From an uncultured Candidatus Saccharibacteria bacterium (GTDB lineage: Bacteria > Patescibacteriota > Minisyncoccia > CAIUEV01 > JAHKAQ01), in contig CAZRBB010000006.1 in the NCBI GenBank assembly GCA_964598205.1, forward strand, positions 1 through 60,773: a stretch of 60,773 nucleotides of DNA, in the 5' to 3' direction. Positions 55,988-60,773 of this stretch are shown piece by piece. Numbering within the stretch: the stretch's first letter is position 1; each line of letters starts with the position of its first letter. Below the pieces are notes generated by a model, which had not been told where the DNA came from, ran no database searches, and saw nothing but the letters and a program-made list of their open reading frames with translations. The translations under genes were made by a program, and so were the position numbers.

Positions 55988-58900
55988 CTAAACAAAAATC
56001 ATCTTTTTCCAAGATTTGATTTTCTTTGTTTTTTCCAAAAGCATTAGTGCCAATAAACCATAGTGACTGTATAGCCCTGTGGCTACTTGGTCTTTTGCGT
56101 TGCCAGCAAATCCTCCATTTTTAAAACAGCCTTTTAAGAATTCTTGGTGTCCTGGGTGCCTCTTTAGGTTTTCTCCTAAAATTTCTAGAGCTTGAATTGC
56201 AAAGTAAGTTGATTGAATTCCTGCTTCCTCCTTTGGAAAATGAGAAAAGCCACCGGTATCATTATTTTCACACAGATAAATAAACTTTTTTAATTCAGCT
56301 AGCTTGCTTGTAAACAAAGAGCAATCGGCTTGAGGATGCATCTTTTCTATGATTTTACAAGAAACAATCTGACGATAAACATCATAAAGAACCGTCCGGC
56401 TGTTTTTATAAGCCGAATCAAAAACCGAAAGAATTCCGCTAACTAACCTTTCTGGTATTTTTATATCTAAAAGATAGTGCAATAGAATAAGATAATAAAT
56501 TTCTACCGTCTCTCCTTCCTTTATTTTTTGCTCCAATCTTCCTTCTAAACTAGGAATAATGGCTTCTTTGGGTAAACCATACCCCAAAAGAGACAATGTT
56601 TTTATAAACCAATAATTCACTTTTTCTACAGAATGAAATCTAAAAGAATCCGTACAAAAGGCTTTTTCTTTTAAATATTTTTCTATTAAGAAAGCTAAAT
56701 AGTCCTTTTCTTTCTGACAATCCTTGTTTGTTTGTGAAGATCGAGAAAGAAGATTCCAGTAGCTAGCCAAGAAAACTAAATTAGTAAAGCTATGCCCCGA
56801 AAAACCACCGGTATCGCATTTTAAGGCAAGCACTTCTTTGATTATTTCTTCTTTATTAATATCTCTCCCTAAGAATTTATTAAACTTTATGTATTTTAGA
56901 GTGCCTGGAAAATCGTTTTTAACATTTGGTTTTGGCCATTGATGATTAATGCTTAAGCTGTGAAAATCATTGAATCTCAGTAGCGAAAGAATTTCTAATG
57001 TGGCGAGTGTTTCTTCGAAACTAAGGGTGTTTTCTTCTTTTTCTATTTTTTTGGAAAAGAATAAGAGTGACTCTGTTTTTTCTTCTTCGCTTAACGAATT
57101 AAGCTCTAAAAGAATTCCCATAATCTTTTTTTTGTTTTCTAGATCTAAACTTTCATTATAAAGAAACCTCTTTAAATAAGTTACCGTTTCTTTTTCAATG
57201 TCTTTAAAGCCGATATTAATTAAAGAAGAGACCCACAAAATTGTTGCCTCAAGAGACGATCCGCCACCAAATAATCCGTAACTGCCGCCGGAATTCAAAA
57301 AACTTTTAGCATAGTTAATAATCCCCAACTGATTTTTAGGCTTTATTCCTAGCAGATGGCAAGAAACCGTTACGCTGTGGTTGGTGGCACACCAAGGAAC
57401 ATGCCCTGGCCATTCACCAAAGCCGACTTCCCCCATTTGCAAGGAAAGAAGCCATTTCTCTGTGTCGGGAAAATCGAATTTATAATCCAACTCTTTTAAT
57501 ATTTCTAAACATTGACGAGTAGTTTCGTGGCAAGGAATCTTTCTTTTTGTTTCAAAATTTTTGTTAACGGAAAAATCTTCAATTTCTATTTTTTCTAAGA
57601 AATTTTCAATTGTCTCGGGAAGGGTGAGATTACTATCTCCTTCCTCTGCTAAATCATAACTAATTAGCGCATCCTCCTTGGCTTCTTCTTGGGGATTTGA
57701 CCTATTATAAGGGCAACCCTCTCTTTTAGCATTAACATAGCTGTCTAAAATATCCCATTTAGTAGGCGATTTTCTTTTTAATTCTTCTGGCCAAAGAAGA
57801 TAAAAAACAAAAGACTCGGCCAAGTCCTCCGCACCACTAAAAGCATAAAAACTAACGGCTATTTTTTTCTTTTCTTCAATAGTTTTTTCTTTTCCGAGAA
57901 TTTTATCCCCATCAACAAAATATTCCCAATCCTCTAAAAGCTCTTTTCCTTTTGGAATAGATCCTAAGAAAAGATGCATCATTTCGTGAGCAATGGTGGC
58001 TTTTAAATTATCCAGATCCCAAATGCGGTATCCTTCTTCCCGAAAAACGAAAGGATAGAGAGTAATTCTTTTTTCTTTAATGCTGGCCATTCCTCTAGAT
58101 AAAGGAGTCAGTCTGATTCTTTCTTCCCTATCGTAATCGTTTTCTCCAGGATAGATTGCCTTAGCACAATGATTGGGGCAATCTTTTTCTTCTATTATTA
58201 TTTCTTCTATTAGGTCTTTAAAGAGAGGGTTTAAGTTAAGAATAAGACTCAAAATATTAGCTATCTTTTCTAAATAAACATCGGTAAGTAAAACTGATTT
58301 TGATTTTACTTGAATCTTCTTTTCTTGTTTTACTAGATTAATAATTTTAAAATCTTTTAGATTTTCTGTTCTACCTTCCTCTTCTTTTTTGGAAAAATCA
58401 CCTAAAAGCAGGCAACCGGAACAGTTAAAAATTCCGCTTTTTTTAATTTTTTCTTGAATTGGCTTTAGCTTGGTGTCTACGGTTCTAGCAAAGCTAAAAA
58501 AATCAAAATCCTTATCTTCTTTATTAATAACCAAGTCTGCTTCTTCTTTGCCAAAATAAGGGCAAAAATTTAATTTGTAATTATAGTCTAAAAATAAATC
58601 AGCTCCTTCCAAGTAACTGCATAAATGCTTTCTTCCCTCTCCTCCTAAGGAAAAAAAGGTTTCTTTTTTAAACCCTTCTTTAAAAAGAAGTTTTTCCCAT
58701 CTTACGATTTGCTCCTTGGAAGGAAGATAGTTTTTAAGTCCTTCCGGAAGAGATCCTAAAAAAGAGAGATCTTTAAAAAACCAAAGATCGGGCCCAACTA
58801 ATTCCAAAAAATCATTCATTCTTACTACTGTTTCCAAAAAATTATGCTTTCCTAAATAAATCCTTACTCCTATTTTTTTCTTCCTTTTCTTAGCTTCCAT

Positions 58901-59281
58901 TAAAAAGTCAATTTTCCTTTTTAAACTGCCCTTTGATTCAAAAATATTATCCGTTCTTTTTTGAATGCCATATAGATTAACGCTAAGAAAATTTAGAGAA
59001 GCATTGTTCCAAAAAGCAAACTCCTGATCGTTTTTTAAAAAAGAAATCTCCATTTCTACTGTAAATTCGTTTTCTTCTAAAAAAGAAAGCAGTTCCTTTA
59101 TTTTGGAATAGCCCAAGGGATTATTTAGGAGCCTGATTCTTTTTAAACCATTGGCGCGAGCGCTTTTTAGGAAGCGCAAAAGCCATTCAAAATCAATTTC
59201 TATTGATTTTGGTTGATTAAAAAAATAATAATCCCTTTGATTGTTTAGGTCTAAAAGTAAAATATAGGACATTAATCCCAA
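55988..59281 (-). CDS. 1097-aa fusion: degenerate rSAM/Twitch - zincin metallopeptidase - prenyltransferase/squalene-cyclase-type repeats
   Basis: HLC..FC..CSGC; HEMMH (57974-88) plus EDLAESF; repeated xGGF/Y units (NSGGSYG, DTGGFSG, DTGGFSHFP..STYFAIQAL, NGGFAG). Confidence 0.75.
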   Translation of the reverse strand: MGLMSYILLLDLNNQRDYYFFNQPKSIEIDFEWLLRFLKSARANGLKRIRLLNNPLGYSKIKELLSFLEENEFTVEMEISFLKNDQEFAFWNNASLNFLSVNLYGIQKRTDNIFESKGSLKRKIDFLMEAKKRKKKIGVRIYLGKHNFLETVVRMNDFLELVGPDLWFFKDLSFLGSLPEGLKNYLPSKEQIVRWEKLLFKEGFKKETFFSLGGEGRKHLCSYLEGADLFLDYNYKLNFCPYFGKEEADLVINKEDKDFDFFSFARTVDTKLKPIQEKIKKSGIFNCSGCLLLGDFSKKEEEGRTENLKDFKIINLVKQEKKIQVKSKSVLLTDVYLEKIANILSLILNLNPLFKDLIEEIIIEEKDCPNHCAKAIYPGENDYDREERIRLTPLSRGMASIKEKRITLYPFVFREEGYRIWDLDNLKATIAHEMMHLFLGSIPKGKELLEDWEYFVDGDKILGKEKTIEEKKKIAVSFYAFSGAEDLAESFVFYLLWPEELKRKSPTKWDILDSYVNAKREGCPYNRSNPQEEAKEDALISYDLAEEGDSNLTLPETIENFLEKIEIEDFSVNKNFETKRKIPCHETTRQCLEILKELDYKFDFPDTEKWLLSLQMGEVGFGEWPGHVPWCATNHSVTVSCHLLGIKPKNQLGIINYAKSFLNSGGSYGLFGGGSSLEATILWVSSLINIGFKDIEKETVTYLKRFLYNESLDLENKKKIMGILLELNSLSEEEKTESLLFFSKKIEKEENTLSFEETLATLEILSLLRFNDFHSLSINHQWPKPNVKNDFPGTLKYIKFNKFLGRDINKEEIIKEVLALKCDTGGFSGHSFTNLVFLASYWNLLSRSSQTNKDCQKEKDYLAFLIEKYLKEKAFCTDSFRFHSVEKVNYWFIKTLSLLGYGLPKEAIIPSLEGRLEQKIKEGETVEIYYLILLHYLLDIKIPERLVSGILSVFDSAYKNSRTVLYDVYRQIVSCKIIEKMHPQADCSLFTSKLAELKKFIYLCENNDTGGFSHFPKEEAGIQSTYFAIQALEILGENLKRHPGHQEFLKGCFKNGGFAGNAKDQVATGLYSHYGLLALMLLEKTKKIKSWKKMIFV

Positions 59282-59754
59282 GTCAAAAGTTTATAAGAAG
59301 ACTGTCTTTCACCGAATCGATACATTCTGCCAATAATCTTGGCAATTATCTTGTCTTTTTTAATTGGACCAAAAACCCTAGAATCTTGACTCCCTCCCCG
59401 ATTATCTCCTAAAACTAAAAATTCATTTGTTCCTAATTCCCAATAAAAATTACCGAGCGGCTTATCCTTAATGTAGGATTCTTCTAGAATAGTTTTTTGA
59501 CCATCTTGTTCTATAGTAATAAAACCATCTTTATATTCTACTTTTTCCTTGGGTAGTCCAATGACTCGCTTTAACATCTTACCTCCTGTTTTTGTTGGAT
59601 TCCAAAAAAGGATTATTTCTTTTCTCTTTATTTCTTCTTCTTTCTTAATATCTCTAAAAGCAAAAAAATCACCATTATTGTAAAAAGGTTTCATACTTTC
59701 TCCGTTTACCATGTCTACAAAATACTCTTTCATTAATTCTTTAAATAGCGACAC
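59272..59754 (-). CDS. Signal peptidase I (S26)
   Basis: GESMKP (catalytic Ser), LKRVIGLP (Lys), LGDNRGGSQDSRVFG. Confidence 0.92.
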   Translation of the reverse strand: MSLFKELMKEYFVDMVNGESMKPFYNNGDFFAFRDIKKEEEIKRKEIILFWNPTKTGGKMLKRVIGLPKEKVEYKDGFITIEQDGQKTILEESYIKDKPLGNFYWELGTNEFLVLGDNRGGSQDSRVFGPIKKDKIIAKIIGRMYRFGERQSSYKLLTWD

Positions 59755-60619
59755 ACCCTCCCTGACACTCTTTGCTTATAAAAAAATCACATTCTAAGCA
59801 TCCATTTTTCTTGGCCACTTCTAATTTTTTATTTTGTACCTCTTCTTTAAAAATTAAAAGACCTTGATTCATTTTTTTCCCGATATTATTAATATTCTTG
59901 GTTATATGAAGCGCTGAACAGGGCTGGATAGTTTCCCCATCTGGATGAAAAAGAATGTTTACTCCTGGATTACAAGTTCCATAGAGGCCACAATTTCTTT
60001 TTAAGAAAGACCTTTCAAAAACAGAAAAAACACAAAGGGCAACGGGATTATCAAGAACAACACTATCCTTATAAAAAAGGATTTCGTTGGCAAAGTCAAA
60101 AAGTTTTTTACCGATTTGTCTTTCTATGGCATAGCCTTTTACGGGAGCAAAAACCACCGAAGCATTGTGTCTTTTGGCTAAGCGACCCACTTGAGAGAAC
60201 ATTGATCTTTTGTCTTCTGTTTCCACATTGTACCGAAAACAAAGATTGGTCTTATTTTGAGAATAAAATTCAATAGTTTTTAGGACTCTTTCTTTTTTAT
60301 CGTTATAAAAAATATTCTTAACATTAATCACTACTTTGCTAGGAAAAACACGCAAAGGCTCAATCCCGTTGGTTAAGACTGTGGTATTTATTCCTTTTTC
60401 CCGACAATAAATAATCGCCTGATCAATTCCTTTCCAAACAGAAGGCTCTCCCCCTAAGATGTTGACATCTGTTCCACCGAGTTGCTGGTGTTCGTCTACA
60501 ATCTTTCTAAATAAAGCCCCTTCCATTTCTTTAGGGAAGTCTTTTTTGTAAGGGTTTGTGTAACAGTATGGACAATAAGAATTGCAATTATAAGAGGGAG
60601 CAATAAGAATTCTGGGCAT
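59741..60619 (-). CDS. Radical SAM/SPASM protein (likely start MPRILI at 60619)
   Basis: CNSYCPYC, GGEP, LTNG; SPASM: GTC..PDG..QPC..CLEC..ECQGGC. Confidence 0.93.
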   Translation of the reverse strand: MPRILIAPSYNCNSYCPYCYTNPYKKDFPKEMEGALFRKIVDEHQQLGGTDVNILGGEPSVWKGIDQAIIYCREKGINTTVLTNGIEPLRVFPSKVVINVKNIFYNDKKERVLKTIEFYSQNKTNLCFRYNVETEDKRSMFSQVGRLAKRHNASVVFAPVKGYAIERQIGKKLFDFANEILFYKDSVVLDNPVALCVFSVFERSFLKRNCGLYGTCNPGVNILFHPDGETIQPCSALHITKNINNIGKKMNQGLLIFKEEVQNKKLEVAKKNGCLECDFFISKECQGGCVAI

Positions 60620-60633
60620 ATCTTCTTGTAAGC

Positions 60634-60773
60634 TTAAATACCGGAAGATCCGCAAGCTTGACTGCCTCCACAGGCTTCACAAGCTTGATCGGAAGAGCCA
60701 GCTGAACCGGAAGAGTCAGCTGCGCCTGAAGATCCGCAAGCTTGACTGCCTCCGCAAGCTTCACAAGCTTGAT
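60634..60773 (-). CDS. 3' end of a Cys/Ser/Gly-rich repeat ORF, candidate RiPP precursor, 5'-truncated: QACEACGGSQACGSSGAADSSGSAGSSDQACEACGGSQACGSSGI*
   Basis: Open from the window edge to TAA at 60634-36; all four differences between repeat copies are synonymous third positions in this frame; 14 nt upstream of the rSAM start. Confidence 0.85.
   Translation of the reverse strand, partial: QACEACGGSQACGSSGAADSSGSAGSSDQACEACGGSQACGSSGI
60644..60773. repeat. 46-bp direct repeat with 84-bp period (60644-89; 60728-73)
   Basis: GAAGATCCGCAAGCTTGACTGCCTCC(A/G)CA(G/A)GCTTCACAAGCTTGAT; two mismatches. Confidence 0.95.

Noticed and set aside
60644-60773. 46-bp repeats with a 38-bp gap as a CRISPR repeat-spacer
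   Set aside because: Only two copies are visible, differences are synonymous in an open frame, the gap encodes an S/G/A linker in frame, and there are no cas genes
60588-60773. Alternative minus-strand frame IKLVKLAEAVKLADLQAQ..
   Set aside because: Repeat differences are non-synonymous (L/P, A/V) in this frame, and it overlaps the rSAM start

Overview
Gene-dense, AT-rich bacterial window in genetic code 11. A Patescibacteria/CPR (Parcubacteria-like) source is my inference from the short holB, A-rich gene leaders, glycosylation load and intergenic repeat style. (1) 1-33.7 kb is a surface-glycan region: gmd/fcl, many GT2/GT4 genes, a 1341-aa four-GT fusion, FkbM, ugd and wzm/wzt. A ~6 kb toxin-antitoxin/gene-debris patch (Bro-N, relB-like, NYN, Fic, vWA) separates wzm from wzt. 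(2) 33.7-47.8 kb is mostly housekeeping: typA, tRNA-Ala, mreC, ftsZ, ftsA, tRNA-Ile, ybeY, yqeY, rpsU. It includes an nrdR-nrdD-nrdG-redoxin operon in which NrdD stops inside its Zn site and the glycyl-radical loop is a separate 58-aa ORF missing from the ORF track. (3) 47.8-60.8 kb is a tightly coupled minus-strand cluster and the best candidate for an undescribed system. It begins with a Cys/Ser/Gly-rich repeat ORF truncated by the window edge (core DQACEACGGSQACGSSG, at least two copies). Downstream are five radical-SAM-fold proteins or domains (three intact, two lacking CxxxCxxC; one of the latter heads a rSAM-zincin-prenyltransferase-repeat fusion), a signal peptidase I, a MEMO-CapA-PRTase-AMMECR1 fusion, a frameshifted LicC-like cytidylyltransferase and a TagF-like transferase. 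This looks like a RiPP-type or secreted-peptide modification system. Intergenic regions hold several families of structured repeats, including long perfect hairpins with a shared apex but unrelated stems. All product calls come from motif recognition by eye; no searches were run.
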